Part shown: positions 1 through 9,894 of the stretch, piece after piece
Layout: every line of letters begins with the position of its first letter
How positions within the stretch are numbered: the stretch's first letter is position 1
Source of the DNA: Octopus sinensis
Lineage: Eukaryota
NCBI RefSeq assembly: GCF_006345805.1
Contig: NW_021832324.1
Span: forward strand, 1-31,427
Length of the DNA: 31,427 nt
Direction: 5' to 3'
Translations under genes and position numbers: made by a program
The notes under the pieces: generated by a model
What the model saw: the letters and a program-made list of their open reading frames with translations, nothing else
Database searches by the model: none
Told to the model about the DNA's origin: nothing

Positions 1-221
1 TATTTGTGATTCTATTTTAAACCCTGTTTCTCATCTGGCCTAGACGCTACACATCACCTCTTCCTGACCATGCTGTTCCTCACTGAGATGCAAATGTTTG
101 AAACCCTATCTATAGTCGATTTCTGATGTGCATACTGGATTCTATACTGAAACATTGCTCCAAAAGGTGATGCCGGCACATATATAACAGATTCTTTCTG
201 AAGCCAATAAAACAAATATGT

Positions 222-640
222 TTGTGGGTGTAGCTGTGTGGTGAGAAGGTTGCTTCCCAGCCACATAGTTGTGGGATCAGCCCCCTTGCATCAGGCCTCG
301 TGAGTGGATTCTGTAGATAGAAACTGAAAGAAGCCTGTGGTGTGTGTGTGTGTAGGGGTGGCTGTGTGATTAAAAACCTTACTTCTCAACCATGTGGTCT
401 AGAGTTCAGTCCCACTGCACAGCACCTTGGACAAGTGTTTTCCACTATAGCTCCAGGCTGACCAAAGCCTTGTGAGTGGATTTGGTAGAAGGAAACTGAA
501 AGATGCCCTTTATATATATATATATATATATATAGATATATTTTGTGTGTGTATTTTTTAGTGTGTGTCCCTCACCACCTTGATTGCCAATGTTGGTTTG
601 TTTACATTTTGATAACTTAGTGGCATGACAAAAGTAATAC
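222..640 (+). mobile_element. Two adjacent degenerate copies of tRNA-derived SINE family A
   Basis: Both repeat the TGGCTGTGTG head, ccttggacaagtg and/or gtgagtggatt..gtaga..gaaactgaaag blocks seen in the fuller copy at 13447-13835; internal (TG)n/(TA)n. Confidence 0.8.
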
Positions 641-840
641 CAGAAACTAAAAGTAAGCTCCTTAGACAATTTCCTCTCCTCAACATCCAGTTCATGGATT
701 CTAATCCAACACAGACTCCAATGGTCACCTCTTAACTACATCTGGAGAAAAGTTATTCAACTGATTGATGTAAAGTTACTCAAATTCACATTTCAGTCTC
801 TGGTCCATAAACATACCATCTCCTCTGCTTACCCTTTAAA

Positions 841-1390
841 TCATCATTATTGTTTTAACATTTGTTTTTCTATGCTTGCACGAGTCAGATGAAGTTTATT
901 GAGGCAGATTTTGTACAGCTGGATGCCCTTCCTATCACTCTCATGTTTCCAAGCAAGCTAATATTTCCCCCATGGTCAGACATGTTTTCACAGAATACTG
1001 GAAATGACTGGCTTCTGTGCCAGTGGCATGTAAAAAGTACCATCCGAACGTGGCCGATGCCAGCGCCGCCATGACTGGCTTCTGTGCCGGTGGCACGTAA
1101 AAAGCACCAACCAATCGTGGCCGCTGCCAGACTCCCCTGGCACGTTAAAAGCACCCACTACACTCACGGAGTGGTTGGCATTAGGAAGGGCATCCAGCTG
1201 TAGAAACACTGCCAGATCAGACTGGAGCCTGGTGCAGCCTCTTGGCTTCCCAGACCCCGGTCGAACCATCCAACCCATGCTAGCACGGAAAACGGACGTT
1301 AAACGATGATGATGATGATGATGAGTGACACTGCTTCTATGACAGTAACACTCATTTACAACTGTTATGTGATGCTAAAGCTAGGAGACA
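841..1390 (-). mobile_element. Old retroposon (related to family C), split by a younger family C insertion
   Basis: Similar to 7780-8010 and 26400-26610 once 1007-1324 is removed; shares ggatgcccttcct and a (CAT)n-type tail on the minus strand. Confidence 0.6.
1007..1324 (+). mobile_element. Young retroposon family C with (GAT)n tail
   Basis: Highly similar to the reverse complement of 16427-16740 and 29351-29656; ggttggcattaggaagggcatccagc motif; ends ggacgttaaac(gat)n. Confidence 0.85.
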
Positions 1391-1958
1391 CAAGTATAAA
1401 TACATTCACATACACATATATACATACATACTAGGCTCATGTCACCTCCATTCAAGCTCTCTTGGGTCACTCATCTCTCCTCCTTTCATTGTCCATTATG
1501 CAGCCCTGCTTGCCAAGCTTTTCACTAACCTCTACACCAAGTTTTCTTCCTGCATTGTTGGCCCTCTGGAATTTGTCTTTGCATGTCCTTTCTTTGTAGC
1601 TGTTGTCTTGCAATAATTCAAGCATAACATTTAGTGGCATCAATCTTGCTGGTGTCAGAGGCCTTGCAAAGGCCGTGGATCAAGCCACTTCCTCGAGATT
1701 CCTTTAGTGGATGTGAACTTGCAACTAACGAGTATGTAGTGCAGAATGTTCTTAACTGCCCTCAACTATACTAGTTATTACCATTTGTTTACCTTTGGAT
1801 CTGTCTTAAAAAAAGGGCACAATGTGCCCTTTTTCATATGATTATAATTCAAAAGGAGATTTGTTTTTATTCCTAATAGCTTCAGTGACCACAGAGCACT
1901 TCTACTAATTGTTTATCCTGAGATTCCAGTGATGACAATTCCCTATGTTTGTATATTC

Positions 1959-2458
1959 TAGGGTTTCTCAGAGTGACCAGTACTGACCCCAGGGTGGATG
2001 GTGTTGGGCATAGAACATTTTATATGGGTACTAGAATGGGTGGAGTGGAAGCAATAAATGCATTCATACAACTTTTTTATTCTTTGTTCCCTATATAAAT
2101 AGTAACTTTTTTTTACTTAAAAAAAATGAAATGTAATATTAAGATAAAATGCTTGTTAGCTACAATCAGGTCAAAACAAGTGATAGTAGTAACAATAGAT
2201 ATAGAAATGAGAATAAGTAAATAACCCCCCCTCCCCCACCGGATACCGTATGCTTGTAACAGAGTATATCTTCACTAAGCAGTGGTAAGTAGTCACCTGT
2301 GTCAAACTAGTACTTGGGACTGAATTACTTTAGCCTAATATTACATGTATATACATGAAAAATGAGGGAGGGTGTGAACATTTGCAAGGAGAGTAGGTGT
2401 TGGGGGGGAAAACGTTAGTAAAAGAAAGTTTATAGTTTAAGAAACTTGAGAACCACTA
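1959..2458. mobile_element. hAT (Charlie-like) MITE
   Basis: TIRs TAGGGTTTCTCAG / TTGAGAACCACTA (10/13); 8-bp TSD gtatattc / gtatatcc. Confidence 0.7.
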
Positions 2459-2835
2459 GTATATCCAGAACTACATTGTGACCATTGTTCCTTAAGATGG
2501 TAGGGTATGGTTTGAAAGAGGGTGACTGCTATTTCAAGAAGGTTAACAACTGCGAAGAAGATTCTCGTATTTCCTTGACCCTAGAGGGATGAAAGCTTAA
2601 GTATACCTTAACCTTTTGTAAATGGTTTTTGAAATCACTCTATGACTTCTGATAAAGGAGGTTTATGATAGGTAGAAAAGTATTATAGCTACATCTCCTC
2701 CTTTTTTTTATACTACATCTACTACATTATCCAATGCACCCTCTTCTAACATTGTAATGGTTGTAATTTGAGGGAGATTTGGCTGCCATAACCAGCATGT
2801 TGAGCAACCTTATACACTCCATTATTGACTCACTC

Positions 2836-3033
2836 TGACTCTTTAGCATCCAGATGACTCTGTCAAATGTGATGCTTTTTTAATCACACTGATTCTGCAT
2901 AATCTTGTAGCTTAAAAATTTTGATGTGATTGTTTATTTTTAGAATGACATTGTAGGGTATGTGTGAGAAGCTAGATGTGGCTGATTTGAACATGGAACA
3001 GAATATTTGGGTCACATGTGGCTAATAGGTTAA
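2836..3033. mobile_element. Degenerate copy of the ~220-bp TTAA-flanked piggyBac-type MITE
   Basis: Aligns by eye with 5342-5558 (ttagcat.cagat.actctgtcaaatgt ... tagaatgacattgtagggta.gtgtgaga). Confidence 0.7.
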
Positions 3034-3289
3034 TGTTTGTTACTTAAGTATGGAGACAAATATGAAGCTCTGGTATTAATTACTTTTAAAAGGTGTTAAC
3101 AGGTAAAATAACTTCAAATTAAAATTAATAATAATAATAGAAATACTAACAATTTTTTTCATATTACTCCTCTGAAAAATAAGGAACATCTCACACATTT
3201 TCTTATCCCTCATGTGCAGAGTATGTTAATTTTGTTTGTATTTTTTCAGTTTTAAAATATATACTGCTAAAGGTAGTACAAAAATGATG

Positions 3290-4340
3290 ATGATAATAAT
3301 GGTTTCAAATTTTGGCACAAGGCCAGCAATTTCGAGGGAGTGGGTAAGTTAATTACATCAGCCCCTCACTGTTCAACTGATACTTATTTTATTGACTCTG
3401 AAAGGACAAAAAGCAAAGCTGACCTCAGCAGAATTTGAATCCTCAGCGCGAAGACAGATGAAATGCTGCTAAACATTTTGTTCAGCATACTAACCATTCT
3501 GCCAGCTTACCAACTCAATAATAATAATCCTTTCTATTAAGGCCTGAAATTTTGCGGGAGAGGACAAGTTGATTACATTGATCCCAGTGTTTCATTGGTA
3601 CTTATTTTATCTATCATGAAAGAATGAAAGATGAAGTCAACCTCGAACATAAGTCAACTCAGAACATAAAGACAAAATACTGCTAAGCATTTTGCCCAGC
3701 ATGCTATTAATTCTGCCATCTCATCAACTCATAATAATAATCTTTTCTACTCTAGGTACAAGGCCCATGATTTTTGTGGGAGGGGGCTGGTCGATTAGAT
3801 TGACCCTAGTACACAACTGGTACTTAATTTATTGACCCCGAAAGGATGAAAGGTAAAGTTGAACTCAGAAGAGACAGACGAAATACCTATTTCTTTACTA
3901 CCCACAAGGGGCTAAACACAGAAAGGACAAACGTATTAAGTCGCTTATATTGACCCTAGTGCGTAACTGGTACTTATTTAATCAACCTCGAAAGGATGAA
4001 AGGCAAAGTCGACCTCGATGGAATTTGAACTCAGAACTTAGCGGCAGACGAAATACTATTAAGCATTTCGCCAGGTGTGCTAATGTTTCTGCCAGCTCGC
4101 TGCCTTACTAATAATATGATAGTAATAATCCTTTCTGTTAAAAGCACAAGGCCTGAAATTTGGGGAGAGGGGACTAATTGATTACATCAACCTCAGTGTT
4201 TTACTGGTACTTAATTTATTGACCCCAAAAGGATGAAGGTCGAAGTTGACCTTAGTGGAATTTGGAATATAAAGACGGACAAAATGCCACTAATCATTTT
4301 GTCTGGCATGCTAATGATTCTGCCAGCTTGTCGCTTTACT
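3290..4340 (-). mobile_element. Head-to-tail cluster of about five SINE family B units
   Basis: Repeated aaggatgaaaggcaaagt.gacctc..gaatttgaactcag and tctgccagct blocks, mostly separated by (AAT)n; reverse complement of 12759-12992. Confidence 0.88.
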
Positions 4341-4401
4341 AATAACAATAATTATAATAATAGTACTAAACATTGCCAGACATTTTGTCAATACCAGTTA
4401 A

Positions 4402-4748
4402 CTCCTCTGTTACCATATTTCTACTGAAATACACTTTGTTCTTTGTTTCAATTTTGAAAATAATGAAACATTTCATAAAATAAGTTTCTCGTTATTGTGG
4501 TTTGCAGGATTCTTGATGTGAACTCGTGTGTTGGAACAGATTTTATGTATCTCGGGACGGTCATTATGCCAGTAGTAAACACACAATGACCTACCCAAGA
4601 TACAGCAAAATTTTGTCATTATTAATCTGATGTTTGGAACAAATTAACATAAAGTTTTTATGGAAGAATTTATTGTAGATCACTTTAAAACAAGACTTTG
4701 GTATAAATAGAACCAGGGTCTGTCTCAAGCAGGTTGGTATCAAAAGGG
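4402..4748. mobile_element. TTAA-type MITE related to the piggyBac element ends, carrying an internal insert
   Basis: ttaa|ctcctctgttacca ... tggtatcaaaaggg|ctaa; the left end resembles the reverse complement of 6630-6682. Confidence 0.6.
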
Positions 4749-5341
4749 CTAATACTACTCGATGTCATTCAAGTAAAATATTACAGGTGGCATGCTAATC
4801 TTAGTATCATTCTAACTGTAAAATATGTACTACTGAAAATAATTATAATAATAATAATATAGTATTGATCATGTGCTATTAAAGATAAATTTTGGCATAT
4901 TTGAGGTTTCCTAAACAAATTTAGTAATGCTTCTGTTATCAGTTTTTTTTTTTTATATAAATATCACACTAGATTCCAATAGCTGAAAAGAAAACAAAAA
5001 TAAAACTGAATACTGTAAATTTTAAATAATGGTAATCTAATTATTTCAGTATAAATATTTATAGTACAATAAATATTCTTTGGTAATAATCTCTCTCTAT
5101 TTTACTCCCAACATCTGGAATCAGTTAATAGTTTACTTAATGTGTTTTAGTTTCATTATTTGGTGTGAAGTAATCAAAATGATGATGGTTAACTCCTTAG
5201 CATTCAGTTAACTCTCTCAAATGTAATTCTTGTTTATTCACATGGTTTTGAATTACTCATTGCTTCAAGGTTTCAATGATGTGATGATTTTTAGAATGAC
5301 ATTGCAGGGTAGGTGTGAGAGTCCAGACCTTGCCAGTTTAA

Positions 5342-5558
5342 CCCTTCAGCATTCAGATTACCCAGTCAATTGTAATACTTATTCATATTTCTTTGAATTA
5401 ATCATGCATTATTTCATAGCTTCGAAATTTTGATGATGTGATTGTTTATGATCTGAATAACATTGTCAAGTAGGTGTTAGAGGCCTGATCTAGTCAGTTT
5501 GAACATAAAACGGTTAGAACATTTTGAGCTGGATATGGCTGGTTTAAACATTAAAGGT
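5342..5558. mobile_element. piggyBac-type MITE nested in a copy of its own family
   Basis: TTAA at 5338-5341 and 5559-5562; termini cccttcagcatt / acattaaaggt. Confidence 0.8.
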
Positions 5559-5606
5559 TTAAATATAATTAAGATAAAATATTTGTTCTGGATATGGCTA
5601 GTTTAA

Positions 5607-6682
5607 CCCTTTCATTACCAAACCGCCCAAAGCCGCCCGAAAAAATTTTGGTTAATGTGACCAAACCCGCCCGTATTTACCTATTCATATTTAAATGAGA
5701 ATATCAGAGCAAATCTCTTTAGTACATTTGTGAAAACACTGATTATACTTCGTAAACAATTCATCTACAGTTTTGTACAAAGATCGAAGTGTAATTTTAA
5801 TTCCGTGAATTTTGGGAGATTTTTTTCCGAAATTTGTTCCTATTGTGTTTTCAAATTTTGTAATTCTGACAAAAAATGGATACGAATTTCATTATATCAA
5901 GCAGCGAGTCAGAATTCGAAGGATTTTTTACTGAAGACCTTGATAAATCTAACTCTATGGCTGAAAAAAAAAAGCACGTGGTATTTGATAATGAATCTGA
6001 TGTTTCATTTTCTGAAAGTGAAAACAGTGAATCCGAGAGCTCCGACAGCGATAAAGAAGATGAATTGGCACCTGAATGGAGTGAAAATTTAAAAACTGTT
6101 TCTTTCGGTGATTTTTCTGAAGAAACTGGACCAAGCCACAGACTTTCCCAGGAGAGTAAAGCCTTAGACTATTTCTTTTTACTTTTTTGAATGAGCCTAT
6201 TTGAAATCATTATGGTGGAAATGAACCGTTACGCTAAATGTAAACAAAGCGAAAGAAAGGATAGTTAGTGGTTTCCCACAACCTTAAATAAAATTAAGAC
6301 TATTTTGCCATAAATATTATTATGGGTATCAGAAAGTTACCCAGAATAACAAATTCTATCGTAAAATTTTGTTGTATACCCAATTGAATATTAGCTAATA
6401 ACCCATTTTCTATAGCGATGTTTGAACAAAATTTTAATAATTTTATATTTTGTTGAATTTACCTGTATCTACCTGCAATTAGAGTCACTTTGTGACAAAA
6501 ATTATAGTATAGAATTGGTTGAGAAAATTTCATTAAATTATCTTCCAAAAATCAGATTAATATATTGATAAATAAAAAAGTTATAGTTGTTTAATGAAAC
6601 CAGACTAAATTTATGATTATGTTAGAAATTAATTGAAACACATAAGGGGTGTATTTTGGTCAGAAATATAGTAACGAAAGGG
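5607..6682 (+). mobile_element. Internally deleted piggyBac DNA transposon (1076 bp)
   Basis: TTAA TSD at 5603-5606 and 6683-6686; TIR CCCTTTCATTAC / GTAACGAAAGGG (11/12); transposase N-terminal relic inside. Confidence 0.92.
5876..6351 (+). pseudogene. piggyBac transposase N-terminal fragment
   Basis: Acidic Ser/Asp/Glu N-terminus, then FSEETGP..ALDYFFLLF*MSLFEIIMVEMNRYA..*WFPTT and, after a frameshift, FAINIIMGIRKLPRIT. Typical piggyBac pre-catalytic motifs; two stops, one frameshift, no DDD core. Confidence 0.85.
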
Positions 6683-8319
6683 TTAAATGCTAAAGGGTTA
6701 AAACCCGACTTTGTTTAACGATAATGACAATGTTTATAGTTTTTTTTCAATGGACCCATACCACTAGTTCCTGACACTTCTGAATTGAAAGCTAAAAGGG
6801 ATTGCCTGAACAGCTAGGTACCTAACGCATACCACAAATTTATATTCTTTTCTTGATAATCTTTACATCTTTTGCTGTTATGCATCAGCGAAAATATAGT
6901 TTCATATGTATATGCATACATGCATGCTCATATATAATTCACATTCACATATTTAATACAGTTACACATCTAATGAGAGGTGGTAGCCATGTGTCACCTC
7001 TATAACAAGACACTTGTGTCTGCCCTTTTTATCATGCTTTAGCCTCTACAATCTCACTCAACCAGAGAGTATTTTTGTTTTCTAAGTTAATTGGTGACCC
7101 TACTGGTGCTGATATCATGAAAAAAAGTATTCAGTACACTCTATAAAATATTTAGCATTAAGGAGGGCATCCAGCTGTAGTAACTATGCCAAAGCAGACA
7201 CTGGAACTTGACTCAGTCCTCTGGTTTATTGAATCCTGTCACACTGTCCAACTGCAATCATCTTGTCTTTTAATCAGCCTGTGTGTATATGGGTGCTGTA
7301 TTATCCAGTGCATCTTTGTTTTTTGGTTTTTATGGTATGGTGTGATATTTGTGTTATTTGGCTGGGGTTTTTTTCTAGCAAATCAAGTGATGTTGAGGTT
7401 TCATTGTTTGGAACACAGAGCAGTGCCATTCACAAACAATGTACATATATCATTGGTTAGTGATCGTTCTTAGTTTGGAACTGGTTTCTTTTATTTGTGT
7501 TCAGTTACGTTTCTGGTGGGGAATAATGTATGACCAAGTTGCAGTTCTCACTCAAACCAAATTCACTTCTTGTATCAGTAAATGTACTTGAGTGAAAAGA
7601 AAACTGAATCTCTTTCCTTTTGATTTTTGTCTGTACATTTGTAAATTTGTACCTTATTAAGTAATTCTTAGTATTGTTAGAAGTAGCAGAAGCTGTTGTT
7701 TAAACCGCCTGGTCAAGAGACTTTTGATCAAAGGTGTGTTCTCAGTGTGACCCTTTCATCCTTTCCCCTGTTTTCTTTATCATCACCATCGTCATAATGT
7801 CTGCATTTCCATGCTCACCTGGCTTGGACAGAATTTGTTCAGGTGGATTTACTATGGCCAGTTGCCTCTCTTGTCACCAACCCTCACATGTTCTAAGCAA
7901 GATATTTCGCCTTGACAAGACACATTTTCACAGAAGATTCAAAATGAAGAACATTGCTTGCATAACGGTGGCACTCACTCACAACTATTAAGTGATGTCA
8001 AGGCTAGGAGACTGTTACACACACCCCAAGACTCATGCACATATGTTAATGTTTGTTTTTGTGTTCAGTTTTAATAAAAACAATTTTGCATTAACCTAAT
8101 GGGTTACTCAATACTTTTGTAGAGTATAGTTATATTATTCTTAAACAAGAATATTATTGTGAGTGACTTTGAATTTTTGGCAAAGCTAAGCCATTGTCAG
8201 CAGTCCAATGTTTACTTTACTGGCTGAAACTTCAAAGTCACTATCAATAATATTCTTGTTTAAGAATATATATACACACACACACACACACACGCACATA
8301 CATGCATGTGCATGGATAT

Positions 8320-8445
8320 GGCAGGCTTTTTTCAGTTTTCAGCTAACAACTCCACTCACAAGGCTTTGGTTGGTCTGCAGCTATAGTAGAAGATACTTGC
8401 TCAAGGTTGGGAAGCAAACTTCGTGTCACAGAGCCATGCCTATAC
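8320..8445 (-). mobile_element. SINE family A fragment
   Basis: tccactcacaaggctttggttgg..gctatagtagaagatacttgctcaagg is the reverse complement of the family A body. Confidence 0.75.
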
Positions 8446-9001
8446 CAATACTTTGTGTAAATTTGTATCTTAATAAGAAACTTTTAGTATTGTTGTTAGG
8501 AGTAGCAGAAATTGTTGCTTGACACCTGTTCAAGGGACCTATGATCAAATGCATTCCAGGTGTGACTCTCTCATCTTTTAATTAATATTTTTTTTTTAGA
8601 GCTTAACAATTCTGCCACTCTCCCAACTGCAGAGCAATGTGAAATTAAGCATTTTGCTCAAGGATGCAACATGCTACCTGGTGTGCAAATCAAACTCACA
8701 ATCAAGCAGTTCTGAGTGCAACACTCTAACCACTAGGCTCCATTCCTTCACATGCTAGGAGTCGGGGGTGTTAAAGTATGAGAGAAGAGAGATAAAGAGC
8801 AGATTTCTTATTCTAGACATGCTACATAATTACTCAGATGTATTTCTTTGTAGTCTTCTGTTACATAACTTTGTGTTTTTACTTAGATATAATTATCTAC
8901 ATTTCACATTTGATTAAAATATTAAATTAAACCAAAAAATGAAATTCAGTTCTCTTTATGCTTTAGTTCTTGTTTAATGCTTTTTATTTGTCAATTTCTA
9001 G

Positions 9002-9459
9002 GAAGCGTGCAGCTGCAAAACGTCTGATTGAACGCTACTACTACCAATTGACTGATGGTTGTGGTGATAATGACTGTAGGAACGAGAACTGTGCCTCATG
9101 CAATGCATTCGTCTATAAGAATTGCAGCCGTAACCAGCTTGCTGTGCATGCACTGCACCTGTTCAAACAGAAAGCCCGCCTATGTGAGGCTCACCCTGCT
9201 AAGATAGCCAAGCGGCCATCAGAGAGTGAGGAAAATGCCACAACCAGCGTGTCTTGCATTAAGAGTGGACAGCTGAGTGTTCGTGGTGGTACAGTATCCG
9301 GCAGTGGCATTAGTGTGAGACTAGGTGGTGGCAGCAGTAGCTCGTCAGCTGGAGGAGTAAGCACCCACTATCCAGTAGCTATGGTTTTTGGAGCAAAAGA
9401 GGAACAACCCTCAACATCAAACATGAAACCCAGTGCTCATCAGGAGTCGACATTATCAG
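9002..9459 (+). CDS. UBE3A: UBE3A/E6-AP coding exon: AZUL zinc-binding domain plus Gly/Ser-rich linker
   Basis: Translates KRAAAKRLIERYYYQLTDGCGDNDCRNENCASC, matching the UBE3A N-terminus with C-x4-C-x4-C-x2-C. Acceptor tttctAG at 9000-9001 (phase 2, G|AAG); donor GTaaaa at 9460 (phase 1). Confidence 0.93.
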
Positions 9460-9587
9460 GTAAAAACTGCAAGTTTATGTTCTAATTTTTACACCTGATA
9501 CAGATATTGGCAGCACTTTGGAAATGGAAATGGTATCATCTTGCTTATATGTATTATCATCGCTTGTTTATACTCACAGACACAAAT

Positions 9588-9845
9588 ATGCTGAAGATTC
9601 CGAGTTCAATTCCAGGCAGTGACCTGAATAATAATAGTAATAATATTAATAATAATGATGATGATGATGTTAACATCAAAAAATACCATAGGAATGAGAA
9701 CCCAGGTTTGAAATTTCCCCTAGACAGCTGATGAAGGCTGGAAGGTATATCAGCCGAAATTTGTTAACAACAAACAAGATGAGGACAAATATCTGTCAAA
9801 TGTAAATAATGTACATAATTCCTCATCTCTTAAATATAGAACTGT
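9588..9845 (+). mobile_element. Small SINE/Penelope-like non-autonomous element with hammerhead-like core
   Basis: B-box-like GAGTTCAATTCC at 9602-9613, (AAT)n spacer, CTGATGA-A-GGCTG..CAGCC-GAAA at 9728-9759, possible TSD acaaat at 9582-9587 and 9846-9851. Confidence 0.55.
9723..9765 (+). ncRNA. Hammerhead ribozyme-like motif (type I topology, probably degenerate)
   Basis: Conserved cores CUGAUGA (9728-9734) and GAAA (9756-9759) flank a perfect 5-bp helix II, GGCUG/CAGCC. Helix III and the NUH cleavage triplet are not intact. Confidence 0.5.
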
Positions 9846-9894
9846 ACAAATGTAGAATGGATTCTTGCTCCTTGTCAAGAAACTTGAAATAATT

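Larger units (their letters stand above)
5193..6697. mobile_element. piggyBac-type MITE (outer element) interrupted by two nested insertions
   Basis: TTAA 5189-5192 then ctccttagcatt; ends atgctaaaggg then TTAA 6698-6701. Removing the two inserts restores the same unit as 5342-5558. Confidence 0.8.

Noticed and set aside
127-192. Possible H/ACA snoRNA (atgtgc..gcacat stem followed by ACA)
   Set aside because: Only a 6-bp closing stem; no convincing upper stem, first hairpin or H box.
1021-1156. Repeat-spacer pattern resembling CRISPR
   Set aside because: Only three units, homologous spacers, located inside a dispersed eukaryotic retroposon, and no cas genes.
988-1278. ORFs MGWMVRPGSGKP..LQLDALPNANHS recurring at 988, 16438 and 29377, resembling a small gene family
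   Set aside because: They are antisense translations of retroposon family C, with variable frames and no splice or domain support.
1600-1731. Possible extra exon (ctttgtAG ... GTatgt)
   Set aside because: No UBE3A similarity, a stop in the frame examined, and no independent support.
7545-7598. Hairpin ttctcactcaa/ttgagtgaaaa
   Set aside because: Short AT-rich stem with a ~30-nt loop; compatible with chance.
8970-9485. 171-aa ORF as a complete protein
   Set aside because: The TTG start lies in the polypyrimidine tract; the real exon is 9002-9459.
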